Source: an uncultured Planctomycetales bacterium
Lineage (GTDB): Bacteria; Omnitrophota; Gorgyraeia; Gygaellales; Profunditerraquicolaceae
Direction of reading: 5' to 3'
Assembly (NCBI GenBank): GCA_964427405.1
Contig: CAYRUB010000009.1
Coordinates: 5,129-69,128, forward strand
Length of the DNA: 64,000 nucleotides
A program made the translations under genes and the position numbers. This document shows positions 39,019 to 48,003 of the stretch, one piece after another. The notes beneath the pieces are model-generated. The model saw nothing but the letters and a program-made list of their open reading frames with translations. It made no database searches and was not told the DNA's origin. Position 1 is the first letter of the stretch. Every line of letters begins with the position of its first letter.

Positions 39019-39734
39019 AGATAAAATTAAGGCAGAAAGATAACGTAATTATCATGGATTTATCCGGCGGCATAGATGTTAATTCCGCAAATCTCGTGGA
39101 GGTAGTCGGCCAGTGCCTGCGTGACGGATATACGGATATACTCTGTAACTTAGAGGAGATTGAAGGTATTGATTATATGGGCATCTCGGTTGTGGTTATC
39201 GCTTATAAAGAGGTAATCAATAGCCAGGGCAGGATGAAGTTTTTGAATATCCCGGCGCACCTTAGGGGGGTGTTTGCGGTTTCCGGTATGGACAGAGTTA
39301 TCGAGGTTTACGCCACGGAGGATTTAGCGGTGAATAGTTTTAAGGAAGACAAAGCTATCGAGAATATCAAAAAGATGCAGCTGCGCCGAAGGTTTAAGCG
39401 TCTGCCCATTGATTTAAAAATAGAATTAAAGTCTAAATCCTCGAACTCGCCAAGTTGCCTTAAGGTTGATATATTGAATTTGAGCGCGGTGGGCGCTTTT
39501 ATATTCGGTTGCGATAGTTTTAAGCTTGGAGATGAGGTGATACTTAAGATGAGGCTGGCACCAAAGAAAGAAGAGCTCATAATTGAGGCAGCTGTTGTAT
39601 GGATTCCGGATAAAGAGGTCCAGCCCCATGAATATCCTGGTATAGGTGTGGAATTCCGCAATATTTCCGCTTTAGTCCAGCAGGAATTAATTGATTTTAT
39701 CGAGCGCAACCTTTCTTTTTTATCTTCTGATTAA
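39012..39734 (+). CDS. STAS (anti-anti-sigma) domain-PilZ domain fusion
   Basis: N-terminal STAS fold; C-terminal PilZ motifs RRFKR and NLSAVG, plus GIGVEF. Confidence 0.88.
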   Translation: MLEIKLRQKDNVIIMDLSGGIDVNSANLVEVVGQCLRDGYTDILCNLEEIEGIDYMGISVVVIAYKEVINSQGRMKFLNIPAHLRGVFAVSGMDRVIEVYATEDLAVNSFKEDKAIENIKKMQLRRRFKRLPIDLKIELKSKSSNSPSCLKVDILNLSAVGAFIFGCDSFKLGDEVILKMRLAPKKEELIIEAAVVWIPDKEVQPHEYPGIGVEFRNISALVQQELIDFIERNLSFLSSD

Positions 39735-39744
39735 TTATTAAAAT

Positions 39745-40401
39745 ATGAAAAAGCTAAAAGTTAGGCCAAAGGCGATTATTTTTGATATGGATGGAGTAAT
39801 TGTTGATTCTATGCCGTATCATTTTATTGCCTGGTATGAGGCTTTACGGCCATGGGGCGTGCGGGTGAGTTGTTTTGAGGTTTACGCTCAGGAAGGCGAA
39901 CGTTGGGAAACTACATTAAAAGGTCTGCTAAAACGCGAGAAGATTAAGCCGTCAAAGAAGATTTTAAGGGCGATATTTAAGCTGCGCCAGGAGATATTCA
40001 AGCGTTATTTTAAGCGCCATATCTTCCATGGCGCTTGCGAGCTGCTGGTTGAATTAAAAGGCGAGGGTTTTATGCTAGGGTTGGTTACGGGCAGCCCGCT
40101 CAATGAGATAAAAAGAATTTTGCCTGTTAAAATGCGTAAACTTTTTAATATCATAGTAGCTGGTAACCAGGTTAAAAATGGCAAGCCTCATCCTGAGCCG
40201 TATCTTAGGGCAGCCGGGCTGTTGAGGCTTGAGCCAGAATCTTGCCTGGTTATAGAAAATGCGCCATTCGGTATTATCTCGGCTAAGAAGGCCGGGATGC
40301 CCTGTATTGCCGTTTCCACCAGTTTACCTAAAGAGTATTTGCTTGATGCCGATATTGTAGTCAACCAGCTAAATCAGATCTCCGGTTACATCCCGCTTTA
40401 A
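39745..40401 (+). CDS. HAD family phosphatase (beta-PGM-like)
   Basis: FDMDGV, KPHPEPY, IENAPFG. Confidence 0.92.
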   Translation: MKKLKVRPKAIIFDMDGVIVDSMPYHFIAWYEALRPWGVRVSCFEVYAQEGERWETTLKGLLKREKIKPSKKILRAIFKLRQEIFKRYFKRHIFHGACELLVELKGEGFMLGLVTGSPLNEIKRILPVKMRKLFNIIVAGNQVKNGKPHPEPYLRAAGLLRLEPESCLVIENAPFGIISAKKAGMPCIAVSTSLPKEYLLDADIVVNQLNQISGYIPL

Positions 40402-40446
40402 TTACATATCTTATTGGTATTCTTGCGTTTTAATCCTTTAAACTAT

Positions 40447-40475
40447 TTGCTTGAAGGTGTCTTCTGTGATATTAT
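40447..40475 (+). promoter_or_regulatory. Putative sigma70 promoter for the LPS cluster
   Basis: TTGCTT-N17-TATTAT with a TG extension. Confidence 0.45.
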
Positions 40476-40514
40476 ATTTGTTTAAAGCACCTTATTATAG
40501 AGAGGAGTAGGAAG

Positions 40515-40787
40515 ATGGATTGGAAGGTTTTTTTGGCTACTTTTGGCGCGGTATTCTTCGCGGAATTGGCGGATAAGACCCAGTTGGTTGGCATAGGCAT
40601 GGCAGCTAAGACTGGTAAGCCTGTTTCTGTCTGGTTAGGTTCGGTATCGGCTTATGTCATTGTTACGGTGATCTCGGTCTTTCTGGGGGCGATTTTGGCT
40701 AAATTTATCAGGCCGGAGCTGATCCGTTATATCGGCGCATCTTTATTTATAATTATCGGGTTTTTAATGCTTTTTAAGGCAATTTAA
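40515..40787 (+). CDS. TMEM165/GDT1 (UPF0016) half-size transporter
   Basis: AELADKTQ motif and 3 TM helices. Confidence 0.9.
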   Translation: MDWKVFLATFGAVFFAELADKTQLVGIGMAAKTGKPVSVWLGSVSAYVIVTVISVFLGAILAKFIRPELIRYIGASLFIIIGFLMLFKAI

Positions 40788-40796
40788 ATTTCCGTT

Positions 40797-41858
40797 ATGT
40801 TTTTGTCGAGAGAGTATCTCTATAATTTAGTTACTTGCAGGACAAAGGGGCCGTTGGCAGCGTTTTTAAGGGGGCTGCTATTTGTGTTTTCTTTAGTTTA
40901 CGGTTTGGTTGTAGTTATTATGGCGGGTTTTTATAGAATTCGCCCGGCACACGTTAATTGTAAAGTAATTAGCGTAGGCAATATTACTTTGGGAGGTACA
41001 GGTAAGACCAGCCTTGTGGAATATCTAGCTGCCAAACTCAGTCAGAAAGGCAATAAAGTAGCGGTGCTCACCCGGGGTTATAAAAGAGATGCCAGCCTTT
41101 CTGGAGCGCGGGGTATGGGAGATGAGCCGGCGATGTTGCAGAAAAAGCTTCCGCAAGTGCCTGTGGTTGTGGATAGCGACAGGCTAAAAGCGGCCGCCAG
41201 GGCAATCAAGGATTATGCTGCGGACACCCTTATTCTTGACGATGGTCTGCAGCAATGGCGGATATTCAAAGATTTAGAGATTGTGACTATTGATGCCCGG
41301 AATCCTTTCGGTAATTCCCGTTTGCTTCCGGCTGGTTTTTTGCGCGAACCGTTGAACGCCTTAAACCGGTCAGATATATTTGTATTGACTCAAGTTGGCC
41401 CTGGTCAGGATACCGCAGGCCTTACGGCTAGATTAAGACAACTAAATCCCCGGAGCCTGATTGTAGAGTCGAGGCATTGCCCTCAGGGTTTTAGCAATCT
41501 GAATAAGCCGGATGAAATTTTAAGCATAGATAGCTTTAAGGGGAGATCCACGATAGTCTTTTCAGGTATAGGTAATCCGCAGGCCTTCGAGAACACGGTT
41601 TGTTCGTTAGGGGTTAATATAACGGAGGCTTTAAGATTCGCTGACCACCACGATTATACACAAACAGATTTAGACGGTATTATTAAATGCGCTAGAGAGA
41701 TGAATTTAGATACGATTATCACAACTGAGAAAGATGCTATAAAAATTTCCAGGCTTAAAATTAATCATCCGGGGATATTCTCTTTGAATATTAAACTGAG
41801 CATAACTAAAAATGAAGCAGAATTTGATCGCCGATTACTTAAGTTGTATTCTCTTTAG
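40797..41858 (+). CDS. lpxK: Tetraacyldisaccharide 4'-kinase
   Basis: VGNITLGGTGKT, RGY, GDEP, LDDGLQ, LPAGFLRE, DHH, TTEKD. Confidence 0.96.
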   Translation: MFLSREYLYNLVTCRTKGPLAAFLRGLLFVFSLVYGLVVVIMAGFYRIRPAHVNCKVISVGNITLGGTGKTSLVEYLAAKLSQKGNKVAVLTRGYKRDASLSGARGMGDEPAMLQKKLPQVPVVVDSDRLKAAARAIKDYAADTLILDDGLQQWRIFKDLEIVTIDARNPFGNSRLLPAGFLREPLNALNRSDIFVLTQVGPGQDTAGLTARLRQLNPRSLIVESRHCPQGFSNLNKPDEILSIDSFKGRSTIVFSGIGNPQAFENTVCSLGVNITEALRFADHHDYTQTDLDGIIKCAREMNLDTIITTEKDAIKISRLKINHPGIFSLNIKLSITKNEAEFDRRLLKLYSL

Positions 41859-43797
41859 GGCCGCCAGTTTCTTTACTTTTTTGCTGCCTTTAAATATGAG
41901 CCTGTTTTTGGGCAGGAGGCTGGGGGATTTAATTTACTTTTTTGATGCCCGGCATCGCGCGGTCGCCTACGCGAATATCAAGAAGGCTGTGACAATAAAT
42001 AATGATTTCCGGATAAGTGCAAAGATAACCCGTAAGACTTATCAGGCTTTTGGGCAGAATCTTATAGAGATCTCTTTTATCCCGCGTATAGATAAAAGGT
42101 ATCTTGAAAAATATATCCATATCGAAAACCGCCATTTTGTTGACGAAGCTTTTAAAAGAGGCAAGGGGGTAATTTTTCTTATCGTGCATGAAGGCAACTG
42201 GGAACTTTCTAATATCATCTGCGCAAACCTTGGGTTTCCTTTTATTCTCTTTGTGCGCGATCAGGGGTTCCCGCGTTTAAATAACCTGCTTAATATCTAT
42301 CGGCTTAAACAAGGGGCAAAACTTATCCATAAACAAGGGGGTTTACGGGAGTTGATTGAGGTTCTTAAAAACAACCAGTCAATCGGGATGACTACTGATC
42401 AGGGTGGTAAAAAGGGAGAGATTGTGAAATTCCTTGGCAAATCTGCCTCCATGTCTACCGGAGCGATGAAACTTGCTTTGAAATATGACTGTTCCATAAT
42501 TCCTGTTTTTTATACGCGCGTAAAAGGCCCCCATACTAAAGTTATCCTGGATCAGGTTTTTACGGTAACTAAAAGAGGGGATGCGCAAAATGACCTGCGG
42601 GATAATCTGCAGAGGCTGGCTAATATTTACGAGAAATATATTCAGCAATATCCTTATGAGTATCTCTGGACTTATAAGATATGGAAATACGGTAAAGAGA
42701 GGGAGGTCTTAATCCTTTCTGATGGCAAAGCCGGGCACTTGCATCAGTCTGAAAGCGTGGCTAAATTGATTAACCGGCAATTATCAAAACGGGGAATAAA
42801 ATCTACATTGTCTATCTGTGAGGTAAAATTCCGCAGCCGCCTGTCCAGGTTTATATTCAACTGTATGGCTGTTTTTAACGGTAAGTATCAATGCCATCTC
42901 TGCCTGTGTTATCTGCGTCATGCTTTGACTGTCGAAAGTTGGCAGGGTTTAATTAATCTTAAGCTTGATATTATTATTTCTGCCGGAGATAAATTGAGCG
43001 CGGTAAATTATATATTGTCTAAAGCAAACCAGGCCAGGTCTATTGTTGTAATGCGGCCGGCCAATCTAAGCCTGAAAAAGTTTGATCTGGTGGTTATTCC
43101 CCGGCACGACTGTTCGGAGTGGCGTGGTTTAGCCTTCGGTGGCCAAAGCCGCAGGACGAAAAAGAATGTGGTGGTAACTGAGGGGGCGCTTAATTTAATT
43201 GACGCGGATTACTTAAAAGAAAGATCATCCGGGTTGCAGCAGAGCGGACTTTTAAAAGGCCCTTTGCTTAATCCCTGTATAGGCGTATTAATCGGGGGTA
43301 ATAGCAAGGGGTTTGCGGTTAGTCGTCAGGCAATAGTAGAGTTGGCAGGCCAAATTAAACAATCCGCTGAAGAGCTGAACGCGGATATCCTGCTTACTAC
43401 ATCACGTCGCAGCCCGTCTGAAGCGGAACAGGCTTTAAAGAAAGAGTTTGAAAATTACCCACGCTGTAAACTTTTGATTATTGCTAATGAGAATAATCAT
43501 CCTGATGTTATAGGCGGTATCCTGGGTTTAAGCAGTATAATCATTAGCTCTCCGGAGAGTATTTCGATGATCTCCGAAGCGGTTATGGCGAAAAAATACG
43601 TTGTGGTATTTAAGGCCAACGGCCTTAGTAAAAAGCATCAACGTTTTCTAAGGAATTATCAGGGCAAAAGATATATATATTTAAAACAGACTAAAGAGTT
43701 GTCCGGATTGATTAAGGAGATATTACAGAATCATCCTGAAATAAGTTTTCCCGAGGATAACTTAAGAGTAAACGCAGGGTTAGATAAAATACTATGA
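41812..43797 (+). CDS. Lipid A acyltransferase (LpxL-like) fused to an ELM1-like (DUF1022) domain
   Basis: HEGNWE, DQ, YLWTYKIWK; then LSDGKAGH..QS, PRHD, LIGG, TTSRR, ESISMISEA. Confidence 0.88.
   Translation: MKQNLIADYLSCILFRAASFFTFLLPLNMSLFLGRRLGDLIYFFDARHRAVAYANIKKAVTINNDFRISAKITRKTYQAFGQNLIEISFIPRIDKRYLEKYIHIENRHFVDEAFKRGKGVIFLIVHEGNWELSNIICANLGFPFILFVRDQGFPRLNNLLNIYRLKQGAKLIHKQGGLRELIEVLKNNQSIGMTTDQGGKKGEIVKFLGKSASMSTGAMKLALKYDCSIIPVFYTRVKGPHTKVILDQVFTVTKRGDAQNDLRDNLQRLANIYEKYIQQYPYEYLWTYKIWKYGKEREVLILSDGKAGHLHQSESVAKLINRQLSKRGIKSTLSICEVKFRSRLSRFIFNCMAVFNGKYQCHLCLCYLRHALTVESWQGLINLKLDIIISAGDKLSAVNYILSKANQARSIVVMRPANLSLKKFDLVVIPRHDCSEWRGLAFGGQSRRTKKNVVVTEGALNLIDADYLKERSSGLQQSGLLKGPLLNPCIGVLIGGNSKGFAVSRQAIVELAGQIKQSAEELNADILLTTSRRSPSEAEQALKKEFENYPRCKLLIIANENNHPDVIGGILGLSSIIISSPESISMISEAVMAKKYVVVFKANGLSKKHQRFLRNYQGKRYIYLKQTKELSGLIKEILQNHPEISFPEDNLRVNAGLDKIL
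43113..43160 (+). repeat. 48-bp in-frame palindromic insert related to families A/B
   Basis: ttcg-GAGTGGCG...CGCAGGA-cgaa imperfect hairpin; GC-rich; length divisible by 3. Confidence 0.55.
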
Positions 43798-45884
43798 AGA
43801 TACTGCAGATATTGCCTGAACTTAATGTGGGTGGAGTTGAGACCGGGACCTTGGACTTGTCCAAATACCTGGTGCGCCTGGGTCATAAAGTAGTAGTGGT
43901 TTCTGCCGGCGGAGCCCTAGTCGGGGAGCTTGAAGCAAGCGGCGCTAAACACTACACATTGGCAGTGCATAAAAAGTCAATCTTTTCTATATATAAATTA
44001 ATTCCTCTCTTAGCGGAGATAATCAAGCGGGAGGAGATTGATATAGTGCATGCCCGTTCGCGCGTTCCGGCTTGGATTGCTTATTTTGCCTGCCGCAGGA
44101 CTAATGCCGTATTTATAACTACTTGTCATGGCTACTATAAGAAGCATCTTTTCAGCATGGTAATGGGTTGGGCTAAGAGAGTGATTGTTTTAAGTAATGT
44201 GATTGCCCGGCATATGATCGAAGATTTTGCAGTGCCTCATGACCGGATCAGGCTGGTGCCGCGCAGCGTGGATTTGGAGAGATTTAAATATCTTGACCCT
44301 AAGTCAAAGAGAAAAGAGGAATTTAACGTAGGGATTATCGGCAGGATTACTCCTTTAAAAGGGCACCTGCATTTTATTAAGGCTATGGCGCGTATCTCCA
44401 GGACTGTCCCCCGTTTAAAAATCTGGATAGTTGGAGATGCCCCGGCATCAAAAGAGGCGTATAAGGAAGAGGTGCAGGTGTTAGTGCGCCGGCTTGGCCT
44501 TTGGCATTGCACAGAGTTTTTAGGCACGCAGAGGGATATCCCTGGGATATTAGCGCATTTGGATCTGGTAGTTTTAGCTACGACGACCCATGAGGCATTT
44601 GGCCGGGTAGTGGTTGAGGCCCAGGCTTCCGGCGTACCGGTAGTAGCTACAAAGGTAGGCGGGGTAATTGATATTATTGAGGATGGTAAAAACGGGCTAT
44701 TAGTGCCTCCGGCAGATCATAAAAGCATGGCCGATGCCATACTGCGTATTTATGAAGATACGCAGTTAGCCCAGAACTTGGCAGAAAATGCTTATGTGAA
44801 GATTAAAGAAGAATACACGGTGGAGTTGATGGTTAAGAATACCCTGGATGTCTACCGCGACGCCTTGAGTAATTTTAAGATTCTGATAATTAAATTGAGT
44901 TCTCTGGGTGATATAATTCTTTCTACAGCGGCATTGAGGGCGGTTTGGGAGAAGTTTTCTCAGGCAAACTATAAGATAAGTTTTTTAACCAGTGAGGAGT
45001 CAAAGGACGCCCTACTGAGAAGCCCTTATATTGACGAGCTTTTGGTCTGTGATTTAAAAAATAATGACAAAGGGTTAAAGGGGCTATTGGGTATTGGTGG
45101 TATCTTAAGGAAGAAGAATTTTGACATCGTTATCGACCTGCAGAATAGTCGGGCCAGCCACATACTTTCTTATCTAAGCGGTTGCGTTAATTGCTATGGC
45201 TATGATAATAAAAAGTTTTCTTTTCTGCTCCAGCACCGTATTAAAGATGAAAAACCGCCTATTGATCCGGTAACGCATCAGTTCAGAATATTAAAAATGC
45301 TCGGTATCGATCTTTTGAATAATTCACTTGAGCTTTGGCCGTCTGCCGAGGATATAAAACATGTGGATGAGCTTTTAAATGCTCAATGGTTAAGCGAGGC
45401 GCAAAAAATAGTGGGGATCAATATCAGCGCATCCAAGAGATGGAGCACTAAGCTTTGGCCGCAGCAATACCTGATGCGGCTCTGCGAAGAGTTGGGGTTG
45501 CGTGATATCCGCGTAGTGGTTACAGGCACTGCCCAGGATTTAGCTTACGCCGATATGCTCGTAAATTCGCTGAAAGGTACCAAAATTATTAATGCCTGCG
45601 GGAAAACCAGCGTAAACGAACTGGCAGCTTTGATTAAGAAATGCAATGTGTTTATTTCGGCCGACTCTTCGCCTTTGCATGTCGCATCCGCGGTAGGGAC
45701 TCCTTTTATCGCTCTTTTTGGACCGACTGACAGCCGCCGGCATCTGCCTCCCGGCAAGAGCTGCACTGTGATTAATAAAAATCTTGACTGCAGTCCTTGT
45801 TATAAAACTAAATGTCGGACTAAACGCTGTATGACGCAGATTTCTCCGGAGGAAGTGCTCGCGGCAATAGATAAATTATTATAA
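43794..45884 (+). CDS. GT4 glycosyltransferase-GT9 (heptosyltransferase-like) fusion
   Basis: GGVETG, HARSR, EAFGRVVVEA (GT4); SSLGDI, DSSPLH, FGPT (GT9). Confidence 0.9.
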   Translation: MKILQILPELNVGGVETGTLDLSKYLVRLGHKVVVVSAGGALVGELEASGAKHYTLAVHKKSIFSIYKLIPLLAEIIKREEIDIVHARSRVPAWIAYFACRRTNAVFITTCHGYYKKHLFSMVMGWAKRVIVLSNVIARHMIEDFAVPHDRIRLVPRSVDLERFKYLDPKSKRKEEFNVGIIGRITPLKGHLHFIKAMARISRTVPRLKIWIVGDAPASKEAYKEEVQVLVRRLGLWHCTEFLGTQRDIPGILAHLDLVVLATTTHEAFGRVVVEAQASGVPVVATKVGGVIDIIEDGKNGLLVPPADHKSMADAILRIYEDTQLAQNLAENAYVKIKEEYTVELMVKNTLDVYRDALSNFKILIIKLSSLGDIILSTAALRAVWEKFSQANYKISFLTSEESKDALLRSPYIDELLVCDLKNNDKGLKGLLGIGGILRKKNFDIVIDLQNSRASHILSYLSGCVNCYGYDNKKFSFLLQHRIKDEKPPIDPVTHQFRILKMLGIDLLNNSLELWPSAEDIKHVDELLNAQWLSEAQKIVGINISASKRWSTKLWPQQYLMRLCEELGLRDIRVVVTGTAQDLAYADMLVNSLKGTKIINACGKTSVNELAALIKKCNVFISADSSPLHVASAVGTPFIALFGPTDSRRHLPPGKSCTVINKNLDCSPCYKTKCRTKRCMTQISPEEVLAAIDKLL

Positions 45885-46975
45885 TGAATATATTATTTAT
45901 CGCCAATCATCTTAATGTGGGGGGTATCTCCAGCTACCTGTTTACTTTAGCAGGCGGGTTAAAGCAAAATGGCCATAATGTTTATGTTGCCTCCAGCGGC
46001 GGTGAGCTTGTGGAGAAATTTACGGCAGCAGGTATAGGACATATAGTCGTTCCGCTAAGAACGAAAAAAGAAGTTAGCCCAAAGATTATCTTTAGTTTTT
46101 TCAAGCTCAGGAAAGAAATTAAAAGACTTAAGATTGATTTGCTGCATTCCAACAGCCGGACTACTCAGGTCTTAGGGAGTTTATTGAGCCGTTATTCGGG
46201 CAGGCCGCATATTTTTACCTGCCACGGATTTTTTAAACCGAAATTATCGCGCAGGTTTTTTCCTTGTTGGGGCCAGGGTCTGATTGCCATAAGCCGAGAG
46301 GTAAAAGAGCATCTGGTTATTGATTTTAAACTGGATGCAGGAAAGATAGTGGTAATTAATAACGGTATAGACCTGCAAAGCTTCGGTGATTTTACAGGCA
46401 GGCAAAAGTTTAGAGAAGTTTTAGGCATAGGAGATGCCCCTTTAGTTGGGATCGTTGCCCGTTTATCCGATGTTAAAGGGCATACTTATCTTTTTAAAGC
46501 CATGCAAAATGTCCTGAAGGGTTTTCCCTCGGCTAAATTACTTGTTGTAGGCGAAGGGAAGATGAAGGATGCGCTGGTCAAGGAAGCGGATAATTTAGCT
46601 ATTAAGGATAATATTTTATTCTTACCGCAAGTTGGAGGCACTGAAAATGTGCTTGCGGCCATGGATGTTTTTGTTATGCCGTCATTGCAGGAAGGCCTGG
46701 GCCTGGCGCTTATGGAGGCAATGGCACAGGGATTGGCAGTTGTAGGTTCTGCGGTGGGCGGGATAAAAACTTTAATTAAAGATAAAGTTAATGGTTTGTT
46801 GGTTGAACCTGCTGAGCCGGCGGCTTTAGCAGAGGCGATCACGCGGCTGCTAAGTGATAAAGGGATGCGCGATAATTTAGGCGCCAACGCGCGAAAATTT
46901 ATTATGGATAATTTCTCTAAAGAAAAAATGGTTAAAGATACAGAAGGAGTCTATAAGCAGTGCAAACTCAGGTAA
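45884..46975 (+). CDS. Glycosyltransferase family 4
   Basis: HSNSR, ARL..KG, EGLGLALMEAMA. Confidence 0.92.
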   Translation: MNILFIANHLNVGGISSYLFTLAGGLKQNGHNVYVASSGGELVEKFTAAGIGHIVVPLRTKKEVSPKIIFSFFKLRKEIKRLKIDLLHSNSRTTQVLGSLLSRYSGRPHIFTCHGFFKPKLSRRFFPCWGQGLIAISREVKEHLVIDFKLDAGKIVVINNGIDLQSFGDFTGRQKFREVLGIGDAPLVGIVARLSDVKGHTYLFKAMQNVLKGFPSAKLLVVGEGKMKDALVKEADNLAIKDNILFLPQVGGTENVLAAMDVFVMPSLQEGLGLALMEAMAQGLAVVGSAVGGIKTLIKDKVNGLLVEPAEPAALAEAITRLLSDKGMRDNLGANARKFIMDNFSKEKMVKDTEGVYKQCKLR

Positions 46976-48003
46976 AATACCCTAAACAACGCATTCTTAT
47001 CTTTAATGTCAATTGGCTGGGGGATGTCTTGTTTTCCACCGCGACCATCAGGAATGTGCGTAGGAATTACCCGGACGGTTATATCGCCTGCGTAATTCCC
47101 AGCCGCTGTTACCCGATATTAAAAGGCAACCCGCATTTAGATGAAGTGATCATCTTTGACGAGAAGGATAGGCATAAGAGCATGCTGGCCAAGCTCAATT
47201 TTATCAGCCTGCTTAGAAGTAAGAAATTTGATATTGTATATCTATTGCATCGTTCATTTAGCCGGGCATTAATTTGCCGCCTGGCCGGGATAGAACAGAG
47301 GATTGGCCATAATACTAAAAAACGCGCTTTCCTTCTTACCCAAAAAATCACTCCGCCAAAAAAAGATTCCCTACACCGCATAGATTTTTACCTGAATGTT
47401 ATTGAAAAGGCAGGCTTGCGCGTGGAGGACAGGTATCTGGATTTTGTTTTTACTCCCGAAGAAGAGAAATATGTGGATGATTTTTTAAGTAAAAACGCTA
47501 TCAGTAAGGATGATTTTGTAGTTGCGCTTAATCCCGGAGGGAACTGGATGCCTAAACGTTGGCCCAAGGATTATTGGGCCCGGTTAGCGGACATATTGAT
47601 TAGTGAAATGAACGTAAAAATAATTATTACGGGCAGTATCTCTGACCTGTCGCTGTCTAACCAGATAAAAGAAATGATGAAAGAGAAGCCCTTGGTTACA
47701 TGCGGGGTTTTTAATATAAAACATCTAGGCGCGCTAGCCAGGCGGGTAGATTTGTTTGTTACCGCGGATACCGGGCCGATGCATATTGCCAATGCCGTAG
47801 GGGCTAAGAAGATAATAGCAATCTTTGGCCCGACAGCCAGGGAAATTACCGGGCCGTATCCGGATACCAATGTGGTTGTATTACAGAAAGATATTGGCTG
47901 CCCGATTCCATGTTATAAAGTAAGCTGCCGGGATAATCGTTGCATGAAAGCGGTTACCCCTGATGATGTTTTAGCGGAAGTCCGGAAAATCAGGAAATCA
48001 TGA
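46960..48003 (+). CDS. waaF: LPS heptosyltransferase II-like (GT9)
   Basis: NWLGDV, NPGG..KRWP, DTGPMH, FGPT. Confidence 0.8.
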   Translation: MQTQVKYPKQRILIFNVNWLGDVLFSTATIRNVRRNYPDGYIACVIPSRCYPILKGNPHLDEVIIFDEKDRHKSMLAKLNFISLLRSKKFDIVYLLHRSFSRALICRLAGIEQRIGHNTKKRAFLLTQKITPPKKDSLHRIDFYLNVIEKAGLRVEDRYLDFVFTPEEEKYVDDFLSKNAISKDDFVVALNPGGNWMPKRWPKDYWARLADILISEMNVKIIITGSISDLSLSNQIKEMMKEKPLVTCGVFNIKHLGALARRVDLFVTADTGPMHIANAVGAKKIIAIFGPTAREITGPYPDTNVVVLQKDIGCPIPCYKVSCRDNRCMKAVTPDDVLAEVRKIRKS

